DNA of 64,000 nt, from the NCBI GenBank assembly GCA_963841545.1, contig CAWJDE010000002.1, forward strand, positions 122,875-186,874, written 5' to 3'. Positions 54,723 to 62,789 of the stretch are shown piece after piece (within the stretch, counting starts at the first letter, position 1; each line of letters starts with the position of its first letter). The position numbers and the translations under genes are program-made. The notes beneath the pieces were generated by a model. The model was not told where the DNA came from, ran no database searches, and saw only the letters and a list, made by a program, of their open reading frames with translations. The DNA comes from an uncultured Chloroflexia bacterium (lineage in GTDB: Bacteria; Chloroflexota; Limnocylindria; Limnocylindrales; CSP1-4).

Positions 54723-55090
54723 CGATCCACCCCCGGCCCGTGGCGCTCGGCACCGGCCAGCATCGCCCTGACGTCGCCCTCCCAGCCGGCCAGGAATGCG
54801 CGCATCGCCCGGACGTCGGCCCCGGATACGGCGCGCCGGCCCGCGAGCCCCGTGTCGGATGCTCGAGCCGGCTCCGGATCCGCGGCGGCGTCGGGCATCG
54901 TCGCACGGGGCACCTCGTCGAGCTCCATCACCATCTCCATGGTCGTGCTCGGGCACACCGGACAGCTGAGCTCGACGAAGGCGAGGTCCCCGCGATCCGC
55001 CAGGACGTCGATCCGGTCGCCGGGGATGGCCGCACCGCACGACGTGCAGGCGGCCCCGGCGAGACGCGCCCGGAGTCCGCGGTGGTCCAC
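54719..55090 (-). CDS. Hypothetical zinc-ribbon protein
   Basis: CTSCGAAIPG...ELSCPVCPS (CxxC...CxxC), then VSGADVRAMRAFLAGWEGDVRAML. The start is uncertain (GTG 55090 or ATG 55159). Confidence 0.45.
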   Translation of the reverse strand: MDHRGLRARLAGAACTSCGAAIPGDRIDVLADRGDLAFVELSCPVCPSTTMEMVMELDEVPRATMPDAAADPEPARASDTGLAGRRAVSGADVRAMRAFLAGWEGDVRAMLAGAERHGPGVDR

Positions 55091-55148
55091 GCCGGTCAGT
55101 CTAGCGAAGGTCGGTCGTCCCGGCTGGCGCGAGCGCGGGTGGGATCTC

Positions 55149-55167
55149 GATACTCCCATGGGGTATC
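55149..55167. promoter_or_regulatory. Candidate CsoR operator
   Basis: GATACTCCCATGGGGTATC is a pseudo-palindrome with ATAC/GTAT arms flanking C- and G-tracts. It abuts the csoR ATG at 55168. Confidence 0.55.
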
Positions 55168-55554
55168 ATGGCGCCCATGGCCGAGACCACCGCCGGTCGC
55201 CGCTCGCCCCACGGCGCCGAGAGCACGACCTTCCGTCACAGCTACTCCAAGGACCGGGCCCAGCTCGTTCGACGCCTCAGCCGGATCGAGGGCCAGGTTC
55301 GCGGGATCGCCCGGATGATCGAGCGCGAGGAGTACTGCATCGACATCCTCCAGCAGACGGCCGCCCTGCGCGCCGCTGTGGATGCGGTTTCGATCATGGT
55401 CCTCGAGGATCACGTCCAGGGATGCGTGCGCACCGCCGCCGAGCACGGCGAGGCGGACCGGTACGTGGAAGAGGTGATCGACGTCGTCCGGCGAACGCTC
55501 GGCCGGCCGGTTCGCGGCGCCACGACGCGCGCGACCGAGGGCCGGACCGGATGA
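55168..55554 (+). CDS. csoR: CsoR-family copper-sensing repressor
   Basis: RLSRIEGQVRGIARMIEREEYCIDILQQTAALRAAVDAVSIMVLEDHVQGC shows the x-C-H-C ligand fingerprint. An alternative ATG lies at 55177. Confidence 0.85.
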   Translation: MAPMAETTAGRRSPHGAESTTFRHSYSKDRAQLVRRLSRIEGQVRGIARMIEREEYCIDILQQTAALRAAVDAVSIMVLEDHVQGCVRTAAEHGEADRYVEEVIDVVRRTLGRPVRGATTRATEGRTG

Positions 55555-55583
55555 GCCGTTCGGCCCGTCGCCGCACGACGGGC

Positions 55584-55642
55584 CGTGGATGATCGAGCGG
55601 GTTATCCACAACCGTCGGAGCACACCCACGTTTCGTGGATAA
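55584..55642. promoter_or_regulatory. Cluster of DnaA-box-like 9-mers
   Basis: Perfect TTATCCACA at 55602-55610. Inverted CGTGGATAA (8/9) at 55634-55642. CGTGGATGA (7/9) at 55584-55592. Confidence 0.5.
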
Positions 55643-55647
55643 GGGCC

Positions 55648-55676
55648 TTGACCCGGGCGATCCGGCCGCCTAACGT
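55648..55676 (+). promoter_or_regulatory. Candidate sigma-70-type promoter upstream of rsmG
   Basis: TTGACC-17 nt-TAACGT, immediately downstream of the DnaA-box pair. Confidence 0.4.
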
Positions 55677-55696
55677 CCGCAGTCCGCACGCGGCAT

Positions 55697-56629
55697 GTGC
55701 GCAACGGGGAACGCCGCCCGGAATGGGGCCCGGGGAGACTCGGACCGGAACCGGCCGGGCGGCGCGAGACCGGAAGGACGCCGGCCGCAGCGCAGATCAC
55801 GCCGGGAGCGGCTCCCGGACGGCCCGGTGCACGATCGCAGGAGGGTGCCCTGGACCGGCCGAGAGACCCGCTCCCGACGCGCTTCCAGGACCTCCCGGCG
55901 CTCCCCGCGTCCTACGACTCGACGCTCGACGCGGGCCTGCGCGCCGCGGGGCTGTCCATCGACGCGACGGGGCGCGCCGTGATCGACGGCCACGTGCGGC
56001 TGCTGCTGGCCTGGACCGCAGCGATCAACCTGACCTCGGTCCGCGAGCCCGACGAGGTGGCCCGCCTCCACGTGCTTGACAGCCTCGCGGCCGTCGGCCT
56101 CCTGCGGGCCCGTGGCGTCGACCGGCTGCTCGACCTCGGGTCGGGCGGCGGGTTCCCGGGCCTGCCCCTCGCGGCCGCGCTGCCCGCGGACCGGGCGTTG
56201 CTGGTCGACTCGGTCGGCAAGAAGGTCCGCTTCCTGCAGACCGTCATCGACGCCTCGGGCCTGGCGGGCCGCGTCGGCGCACTGGCGCGCCGGTCGGAGG
56301 CGCTCGCCCACGGCCGCGACCGGGAGGCGTGGCCGGTCGTGACGGTCCGCGCGGTCGGGTCGCTCGCGGAGATCGTCGAGCTCGGGCTGCCGCTCGTCGC
56401 GCCGGGTGGCATCCTGGTCGCCTGGAAGCGGGCACCGGTCGACGACGAGCTGGAGGCCGCCCGACCCGCCCTCGCCGCCCTGCGCGCCGGCCTCGTCGAG
56501 GTCGTCCCGAACACGATCCCCGGCCTCGAGGCCCATCGCCTGGTCGTCATCGCCCGCGGCGGCGCCATCGATCGGCGCTTTCCGCGCGACCCGGCCGAAC
56601 GCCGGCGGCGGCCGCTCGGCGGCGGTTGA
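55697..56629 (+). CDS. rsmG: 16S rRNA (guanine527-N7)-methyltransferase
   Basis: LLLAWTAAINLTSVREPDEVARLHVLDSL and SAM motif LLDLGSGGGFPGLPLA. The true start is probably downstream of 55697 (no in-frame ATG; CTG/GTG candidates lie near 55830-55860). Confidence 0.8.
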   Translation: MRNGERRPEWGPGRLGPEPAGRRETGRTPAAAQITPGAAPGRPGARSQEGALDRPRDPLPTRFQDLPALPASYDSTLDAGLRAAGLSIDATGRAVIDGHVRLLLAWTAAINLTSVREPDEVARLHVLDSLAAVGLLRARGVDRLLDLGSGGGFPGLPLAAALPADRALLVDSVGKKVRFLQTVIDASGLAGRVGALARRSEALAHGRDREAWPVVTVRAVGSLAEIVELGLPLVAPGGILVAWKRAPVDDELEAARPALAALRAGLVEVVPNTIPGLEAHRLVVIARGGAIDRRFPRDPAERRRRPLGGG

Positions 56630-56715
56630 TCGCACGGTCCGGGAGGCGCTTCGCGGCTGGCCCGGTCGCGTTCGGGGACGCCATTGTCGGCAGGCGGCTG
56701 CGCTACCCTCCCAAC

Positions 56716-57438
56716 GTGCGGATCGGCGTCCTCTCGGACATCCATGCCAACCTCGCGGCGCTCGATGCCGTGCTCGCCGCCATGCCGTCGGTCGACGCGA
56801 TCTGGCAGCTCGGTGACGTCGTCGGCTACGGTCCCGACCCGGACGGCGTGGTCGATCGGCTGCGGGAGGTCGGCGCGACGGGGGTCCGCGGCAATCACGA
56901 CGCGGCCGCGCTCGGCGAGCTCGATACCGAGGCGTTCAACATCGACGCGCGGCGCGCGATGGAGTGGACGCGCTCGACGATCGGCGGCGACGCGCTCGCC
57001 TGGCTCGGCGGGCTGCCGGAGCAGGCCGAGCTCGAGGGCTTCACGCTCGTCCACGGGAGCCCGCGCGATCCGATCTGGGAGTACGTGACCTCGACGCCCG
57101 TCGCCCGGGCCGGCATCGCGGCGATGTCGACCGAGAGCGGCTTTCACGGCCACACGCACGTGCCCATCGCGTTCGTCGACGAGGACGGCCGCCTGGAGGT
57201 GATGAGCCCCGGAGCCGGCTCGAGGATGGCGATCGACGGGCGGCGCATGCTCCTCAACCCGGGCAGCGTCGGGCAGCCCCGGGACGGCATCCCGACCGCG
57301 TCGTGGCTGCTGCTCGACACCGACGCCGACGGGGTGACCTGGCACCGGACGGCATACGACGTGACGCCGGTCCAGGCGGCGATGATCGAGGCCGGGCTTC
57401 CCGAGCGCCTGGTGGCGCGGCTGTCCTATGGCCTGTAG
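56716..57438 (+). CDS. Metallophosphoesterase (YfcE/MJ0936-like)
   Basis: GTG start. VRIGVLSDIHAN, QLGDVVGYGP, GNHD, LVHGSP, GHTHVP. Confidence 0.85.
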   Translation: MRIGVLSDIHANLAALDAVLAAMPSVDAIWQLGDVVGYGPDPDGVVDRLREVGATGVRGNHDAAALGELDTEAFNIDARRAMEWTRSTIGGDALAWLGGLPEQAELEGFTLVHGSPRDPIWEYVTSTPVARAGIAAMSTESGFHGHTHVPIAFVDEDGRLEVMSPGAGSRMAIDGRRMLLNPGSVGQPRDGIPTASWLLLDTDADGVTWHRTAYDVTPVQAAMIEAGLPERLVARLSYGL

Positions 57439-57450
57439 CTCGCGCGACCG

Positions 57451-59487
57451 ATGATCGGCGGTCGTCGGCCGATCACGGGTCGCAAGCCGGGCGATCGGCG
57501 GGTGCGGGTCGAGCGGCATCACACGCCCTACTTCCGCTACACCGGTCCTGGCCAGCTGACCGCCAAGGCCGCGGCCAGCATGCCGACCACCGGCATGGGC
57601 CGCCTGGGGGCCCGCGTCAAACAGCTGCTGATCGGCCGCCCGCTGGCCAACGAGGAGGAGATCGGGGAACGGCTGTCCAAGAAGAAGGCGCTCGCGATCT
57701 TCAGCTCGGACGCCATCTCGTCGTCCGCGTACGCCACCGAGGAGATCGTCCTCGCGTTCATCCTGGCCGGCGCCGGCGGGGCCGCGTTCGGCTTCTCGAT
57801 CGAGATCAGCATCGCGATCGCCGCCCTGCTCGGCGTGGTCGCGTTCAGCTACCGCCAGGTGTGCATCGCCTACCCCAACGGCGGCGGCTCCTACTCGGTG
57901 TCGAAGGCGAACTTCGGGCGCCTCGCCTCGCTCATCGCCGCGTCCGCGCTGCTGATCGACTACACGCTCACGGTGGCGGTCTCGACCTCGTCCGCGGTCG
58001 AGCAGATCGCATCGGCGATCCCGGAGCTCGATCCGGTGCGGGTCGAGATCGGCATCCTCGCCATCGGCCTGATCACGCTGGGCAACCTGCGGGGGATCCG
58101 CGAGGCCGGCAACATCTTCGCGATCCCCACCTACCTGTTCCTGGGAAGCGCGTTCCTGATGATCGCGATCGGCGTGTTCCGGATCGTGGTGCAGGGCGAT
58201 ACGGGACCGGTGCCGACGGCGGACGTCACCGAGGCGCTGCAGCACACGACGGAGAGCGTCGGAATCCTGATCCTGCTCAGGGCGTTCGCCTCGGGCGCCG
58301 TGGCGCTGACCGGGACGGAGGCGATCGCGACCGGCGTTCCCGCGTTCAAGCCGCCGGAGCCGCGCAACGCGGCGGCGACGCTGATGGCGATGGCGATCAT
58401 CCTGGCCACGCTGTTCATCGGCATCACCTTCATGGCGACCAACTTCCACATCCTGCCGATCGAGGAGCCGCGCCAGACGGTGATCGCCCAGATCGCGAAG
58501 CACGTCTACGGCGACAACGTGGCCTTCTACCTGTTCCAGGCGTTCACCGCGCTGCTCCTGTTCCTGGCTGCCAACACGTCCTTCGCGGCGTTTCCGCGGC
58601 TGGCCGCCGTCCTGGCCGAGGACGGCTTCGTGCCTCGCCAGTTCGCGTTCCGCGGCGACCGCCTCGCGTTCTCCACCGGCATCCTGCTGCTGGGCACCGT
58701 GGCCGCGCTGGTCGTGGTGGCGGGACAGGGCTCGACGCACGCGCTGATCCCCCTGTACGCGGTCGGCGTGTTCATCGACTTCACGATCTCGCAGGCGGGC
58801 ATGGTCCGTCACTGGCTGGCGACGCGGCCGCAAGGCTGGCGCTACCGGCTCGCGATCAACTCGGTCGGCTGCGTGCTGACCGCGGTCATCGCCGTCGTGG
58901 TGACCTCGATCAAGTTCCTCGCCGGCGCCTGGTTCGTGGTGATCCTGATCCCGACCCTGGTCAGCGTCATGCTGTTCATTCGGCGCCAGTACGAGGGCCA
59001 GGCGCGCGAGCTCGCGGTGCGTGACGACCTGGTGTTCGACAAGCCGCATCGCGCCCAGCGGGTGGTGATCCCTGTCAACGGAATCAATCGCTCGGTGATC
59101 CAGGCGGTCATGTTCGGGCGGCCGCTGGCCACCGATCCCTCGCTGCTCCAGGCGGTGTTCGTCACGACCGATGCCGAGGAGGCGGACGCGATGCGCGACC
59201 GGTGGGACCGCCAGCTGCCGGGCGTGCCGCTGGTCATCGTCGAGTCGCCGTACCGGGCGCTGGTCGGCCCGCTGGTCACCTACCTCGACGTGCTCGACCT
59301 GGCCTGGCCGCCCGATCGCGAGGCACCGGTCACGATCGTGGTCCTGCCCGAGTACGTGGCCAAGCACTGGTGGGACCGGCTGCTCTACAACCAGGCGGCC
59401 AAGCGGCTCAAGCGGGCCCTCGTCGGACGCGAGCACACCGTCATCGCGGATGTTCCGTACCGGCGCAGCGAGGCGAACCACCCGTAA
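57451..59487 (+). CDS. APC-superfamily permease with C-terminal cytoplasmic domain (Rv2690c-like)
   Basis: LSKKKALAIFSSDAISSSAYATEEI and about 12 TM helices, followed by a soluble ~180-aa tail. Confidence 0.85.
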   Translation: MIGGRRPITGRKPGDRRVRVERHHTPYFRYTGPGQLTAKAAASMPTTGMGRLGARVKQLLIGRPLANEEEIGERLSKKKALAIFSSDAISSSAYATEEIVLAFILAGAGGAAFGFSIEISIAIAALLGVVAFSYRQVCIAYPNGGGSYSVSKANFGRLASLIAASALLIDYTLTVAVSTSSAVEQIASAIPELDPVRVEIGILAIGLITLGNLRGIREAGNIFAIPTYLFLGSAFLMIAIGVFRIVVQGDTGPVPTADVTEALQHTTESVGILILLRAFASGAVALTGTEAIATGVPAFKPPEPRNAAATLMAMAIILATLFIGITFMATNFHILPIEEPRQTVIAQIAKHVYGDNVAFYLFQAFTALLLFLAANTSFAAFPRLAAVLAEDGFVPRQFAFRGDRLAFSTGILLLGTVAALVVVAGQGSTHALIPLYAVGVFIDFTISQAGMVRHWLATRPQGWRYRLAINSVGCVLTAVIAVVVTSIKFLAGAWFVVILIPTLVSVMLFIRRQYEGQARELAVRDDLVFDKPHRAQRVVIPVNGINRSVIQAVMFGRPLATDPSLLQAVFVTTDAEEADAMRDRWDRQLPGVPLVIVESPYRALVGPLVTYLDVLDLAWPPDREAPVTIVVLPEYVAKHWWDRLLYNQAAKRLKRALVGREHTVIADVPYRRSEANHP

Positions 59488-59672
59488 CCGAGGCGACGGC
59501 GTCAGGGCGCCGGACATGGCCCGCAAGGCGCCTCGGTTGCGGCTCGGTGGCGGCCGCCCCCCAACGTTCGAATCGCCCGCGGGCGGTGGTATCGTGGCCC
59601 GGCGCGACGGCCGGACATGGCGAGCCACACCCACCGCCGGAGGCCGTCGATCACGCGGAGGCTCCAGGGACC

Positions 59673-60131
59673 TTGGCCGACAACTCGGCTCCACAGTTCC
59701 GGCGCGCGGTCGTCGCGCTGTCCGGCGTGCGAACGGACCGGCCGATCGTGGCGCTGGCCGCCGGGATCGCGCGCGCCTCACATGCCGAGCTGGTCGGCGT
59801 CCACGTCGTGGAGATCGACTGGACCTTGCCGCTCGATGCCAGCGTGGCCGACCAGTCCGAGGACGCGCAGCGCGTGCTGGACATCGCCGAGGCGACCGCC
59901 GAGGCCGCCGGCCACTCGCTCGAGACCGTGCTGCTCCAGGCGCGTGACGTGGGAGCCGCGATCGTCGACGAGGCGACCGAGCGCGGCGCCGACCTGATCG
60001 TTGCGGGCCTGCCGTTCCGGCGCAGGTTCGGCGGTGACTTCACGATCGGCCGCACGATCCCCTACATCCTGAAGAATGCCCCGTGCGCCGTGTGGGTCGT
60101 CCGCGAGGCGATGCCCGAGGAGCAAGCATGA
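59673..60131 (+). CDS. Universal stress protein (UspA family)
   Basis: TTG start with GGAGG 11 nt upstream. FRRAVVALSG..., DLIVAGLPFRRRFGGDFTIGRTIPYILKNAPCAVWVV. Confidence 0.65.
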   Translation: MADNSAPQFRRAVVALSGVRTDRPIVALAAGIARASHAELVGVHVVEIDWTLPLDASVADQSEDAQRVLDIAEATAEAAGHSLETVLLQARDVGAAIVDEATERGADLIVAGLPFRRRFGGDFTIGRTIPYILKNAPCAVWVVREAMPEEQA

Positions 60132-60718
60132 AAGCCGTGATCGTCGGCTGCGGCCGGGTCGGCGCCGGGATCGCCGGCGAGCTGGATCGTGCCGGCTGGC
60201 AGGTGTTGATCATCGACCTGTCCTCGGCCGCGTTCGACCGGCTGCCGGCCACGTTCGGCGGCCTCGCACGTCGAGGCGACGGGACGGACGAGGACACGCT
60301 GCGCGTGGCCGGCGCCGAGGACGCCGACCTGTTCCTCGCCCTGACCGAAGGCGACAACCGGAACGTGATGGCCGCCCAGCTGGGGGTCGAGGCACTCGGC
60401 GCCCGGCGGTGCATCGCCAAGATCAACGACCCCGTCCGCGCGGAGGCGTACGCGCATCTCGGGATCACGAGCCTGTGTCGCACGAACCTGATGCTGTCCT
60501 CGGTGTTCGACTACGTCGGTCACGCGACGTCCGGGGGACCCGGGATCTATCCGCCGGCCGCCGTTCACCCGCATCCTGGCAACGGAGCCCTCGGAGGTGC
60601 CGATGCCGCCCCGGCGGTCGGTGCCGGCGGCCCCGTCGGGGTCGACGTCGCGGCCGACGACGACGCGCTCGCTCCGCCGCGCGACCCGTCGCCGGCAACC
60701 GAGCCGCGGGAGGGCTGA
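60128..60718 (+). CDS. trkA: TrkA-N (NAD-binding) potassium-transport regulatory protein, CeoB-like
   Basis: ATGA overlap with usp. MKAVIVGCGRVGAGIA Rossmann motif, then a low-complexity Gly/Ala/Pro tail. Confidence 0.85.
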   Translation: MKAVIVGCGRVGAGIAGELDRAGWQVLIIDLSSAAFDRLPATFGGLARRGDGTDEDTLRVAGAEDADLFLALTEGDNRNVMAAQLGVEALGARRCIAKINDPVRAEAYAHLGITSLCRTNLMLSSVFDYVGHATSGGPGIYPPAAVHPHPGNGALGGADAAPAVGAGGPVGVDVAADDDALAPPRDPSPATEPREG

Positions 60719-60721
60719 GCG

Positions 60722-61393
60722 ATGTTCGTGCTGGTCGTCGGTGGGGGGAAGGTCGGCTACTACCTCACCAAGGAGCTGATCGAGTCCGGGCACGAGGTCG
60801 CCCTCATGGAGAAGGAGCGCGGTCGCGCCGAGCAGATCGCCGACGAGATCGGGTCGGTGGTCATCGCGCACGACGGCTGCGAGGGCAAGTACCTGAAGGA
60901 GGCCGGCGCCAACCGGGCCGACATCGTGGCCGCGGTCACCGGCGACGACGAGGACAACCTGGTCATCTGCCAGATGGCGAAGCACCACTTCGACGTCCCG
61001 CGCACCATCGCGCGCGTGAACAACCCCAAGAACGAGGCGCTGTTCCGCCACCTCGGCGTGGACGAGATCATCAGCCCCACCCGGATGATCCTGGGCTCGA
61101 TCGAGCAGGACATCCCGGTGCACGAGCTGCTCCACCTGGCGGCGCTCGGGGTAGGCGAGCTGGAGATCATCGAGGCCCACCTCCAGCCGGGCTCGCCGGC
61201 GATCGGCCGGATCGCGCTCGATCTCGAGGTCCCCAGCGGATGCTCGCTGTTCGGCTTGATCCGCGACGGATCACCCCGGCCGCTGACGACCGACACGGTG
61301 CTGGCCGAGGGCGACAAGGTGATCGCGATCGGGCGGCCCGACTGCGAGGCCGAGCTGCGGCAGCAGCTGATCGGCGAGCCGGTCGAGGCCTGA
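60722..61393 (+). CDS. trkA: TrkA-N + TrkA-C potassium-transport regulatory protein, CeoC-like
   Basis: MFVLVVGGGKVGYYL Rossmann motif and the C-terminal RCK_C-like segment GELEIIEAHLQPGSPAIGRIA...VLAEGDKVIAIG. Confidence 0.9.
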   Translation: MFVLVVGGGKVGYYLTKELIESGHEVALMEKERGRAEQIADEIGSVVIAHDGCEGKYLKEAGANRADIVAAVTGDDEDNLVICQMAKHHFDVPRTIARVNNPKNEALFRHLGVDEIISPTRMILGSIEQDIPVHELLHLAALGVGELEIIEAHLQPGSPAIGRIALDLEVPSGCSLFGLIRDGSPRPLTTDTVLAEGDKVIAIGRPDCEAELRQQLIGEPVEA

Positions 61394-61534
61394 TCACCGC
61401 CGTCGTCCCGCCCGATCCGCCGAGGCACCCGGCCCGATCTGGCGAGCCACCCTGGCGAGCCGCCCGATCTGGCGAGCCGGTTGAGGCCCGATCACCGCCG
61501 TCATCACGCCCGATCCGCCGAGGCACCCGGCCCG
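61369..61534 (+). repeat. Tandem duplication (~98-nt period) of the trkA 3' end and downstream sequence
   Basis: Copy 1 (61369-61436) and copy 2 (61466-61534) are near-identical (one 1-nt indel plus about 5 substitutions). The TGA stop of copy 1 is CGA in copy 2. GGCGAGCC is reiterated between the copies. Confidence 0.8.
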
Positions 61535-61684
61535 GCGAGCCGGGTGAGCCGAGGCCCAGCGCGAACCCGCGACCACCGGCGGCCGGGCGTCCCGGCGGCT
61601 CGAGCGTCCCGGCGTTCCTGCGCCGATGCGCCGATGGAAGCCGAGGCATGGATAGCGATTGGGGCAGGGCAACGGGTACGTATC

Positions 61685-61714
61685 TTGACAACACCGTTGA
61701 TAGGGTTTTACGAT
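61685..61714 (+). promoter_or_regulatory. Sigma-70-type promoter of hsp20
   Basis: TTGACA-18 nt-TACGAT in a locally AT-richer patch, about 87 nt upstream of the ATG. The 5'UTR contains the hairpin GTCGCCGG-tgcagag-CCGGCGAC (61756-61778), followed by GGAGG. Confidence 0.6.
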
Positions 61715-61800
61715 CCGGCATGCCCGGGTCAGGATGGTTCGGGCCAGCACAGATGGTCGCCGGTGCAGAGCCGGCGACGACAGTTGCGGAGGTTCGACAG

Positions 61801-62319
61801 ATGACGCTCGTTCGCCGCCCGTCGCCCTTCAGCGAGCTCATGACGCTTCGCCAGGCGATGGACCGACTCTTCGATGACACGGTGTTCCGGCCGCTCAACG
61901 GCTACGGCGCCGGGGACGTCTCGCGGCTGGCGCTCGACGTGCGGACCACGCCGGACGCGCTGCTGGTCGAGGCGGAGCTGCCCGGCATGCAGCCCGACGA
62001 CGTGGACATCACGATCGAGAACGGCACGCTCACGATCCGCGCCCAGGACCGCACCGAACGGACCGACGACCAGGGCGACTGGCTGGTCCGCGAGATCTCG
62101 CACGGGACCGTGATGCGCACGGTCACGCTTCCCACCGGCCTCGAAGCCGACCGGACGGAGGCGACCTTCGAGCACGGCCTGCTCAAGCTGCGGATCCCCA
62201 AGGCCGAACAGGTCAAGCCGCGCCAGATCCACATCCGCCCGGTCACGGCCGGCGAGGCCACGCCTGCTGACGCACGTCCCGCTGACGCACGTCCTGCTGA
62301 CGCCACCCCCGGAGCCTGA
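61801..62319 (+). CDS. Hsp20/alpha-crystallin small heat-shock protein
   Basis: LALDVRTTPDALLVEAELPGMQPDDVDITIENGTLTIRA...ATFEHGLLKLRIPK is a canonical ACD. The C-terminus has PADAR x3 repeats. Confidence 0.9.
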   Translation: MTLVRRPSPFSELMTLRQAMDRLFDDTVFRPLNGYGAGDVSRLALDVRTTPDALLVEAELPGMQPDDVDITIENGTLTIRAQDRTERTDDQGDWLVREISHGTVMRTVTLPTGLEADRTEATFEHGLLKLRIPKAEQVKPRQIHIRPVTAGEATPADARPADARPADATPGA

Positions 62320-62320
62320 C

Positions 62321-62671
62321 ATGGCGGCTGCGCGCCGGCCGGTCCGGGACCCGACTCGACCCGTCTACGTCATCAGCGTCGCCGCGACGCTCGTCTCGGC
62401 GCACCCGAGGACGCTGCGGATCTACGAGGACGAGGGGCTGGTCTGTCCGGCGCGCACCCCGACCAACATTCGCCTGTACTCGGAGGAGGACATCCGGCGC
62501 ATCCTGTGGATCAGACACCTGACCCGGGATCGCGGTGTGAACCTCGCCGGGGTGCGGACCCTGTTCGAGCTCGAGGAGCGACTGGGCGCGCGCATCCTCG
62601 AGGCGCTGTACGACGAAGGCACCCGGGAGCAGGGCACCGGGGCCGGCAGCAAGGAGGGGACGGTCGAGTGA
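62321..62671 (+). CDS. MerR-family heat-shock regulator (HspR-like)
   Basis: VYVISVAATLVSAHPRTLRIYEDEGLVCPARTPTNIRLYSEEDIRRILWIRHLT is a MerR HTH. Starts 1 nt after the hsp20 stop. Confidence 0.8.
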   Translation: MAAARRPVRDPTRPVYVISVAATLVSAHPRTLRIYEDEGLVCPARTPTNIRLYSEEDIRRILWIRHLTRDRGVNLAGVRTLFELEERLGARILEALYDEGTREQGTGAGSKEGTVE

Positions 62672-62789
62672 ACGATCATCGGACCGGGCGGCCGGCCACC
62701 CCCACCACCCAACCACCGACTGGTATCACCGAAACCCGCACCCACGCACCGTCTGCCGGACCCGCCGGCCGGCAAGCAAGGAGATCCTG

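Noticed and set aside
55584-55676. Chromosomal replication origin (oriC)
   Set aside because: There are only 2-3 DnaA boxes, no AT-rich unwinding element, and no dnaA/dnaN/parAB nearby in the window. It is reported as a DnaA-box cluster only.
59560-59580. GTTCGAATC, a tRNA T-loop-like string
   Set aside because: The flanking bases (CAACG / CGCCC) cannot form a T-stem, and no acceptor or anticodon arms can be drawn. It is not a tRNA.
55912-59781. 1289-aa ORF on the minus strand
   Set aside because: It is antisense to rsmG, the metallophosphoesterase and the APC-type permease, all of which have clear motifs. The translation is Arg/Asp/Gly-rich junk.
61369-61534. Possible CRISPR array or REP element
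   Set aside because: There are only two long copies. The spacer between them is itself repetitive, one copy overlaps a gene end, and no cas genes are present. It is better explained as a tandem duplication.
61640-61800. HAIR (HspR) operator or ROSE-type thermometer upstream of hsp20
   Set aside because: There is no CTTGAGT-N7-ACTCAAG and no ROSE-like U(U/C)GCU anti-SD pairing. Only generic hairpins are present.
60076-62319. 747-aa ORF on the plus strand spanning trkA to hsp20
   Set aside because: It is out of frame with both TrkA genes and Arg/Gly/Pro-rich until 61801. Only the final 172 codons (Hsp20) are credible.
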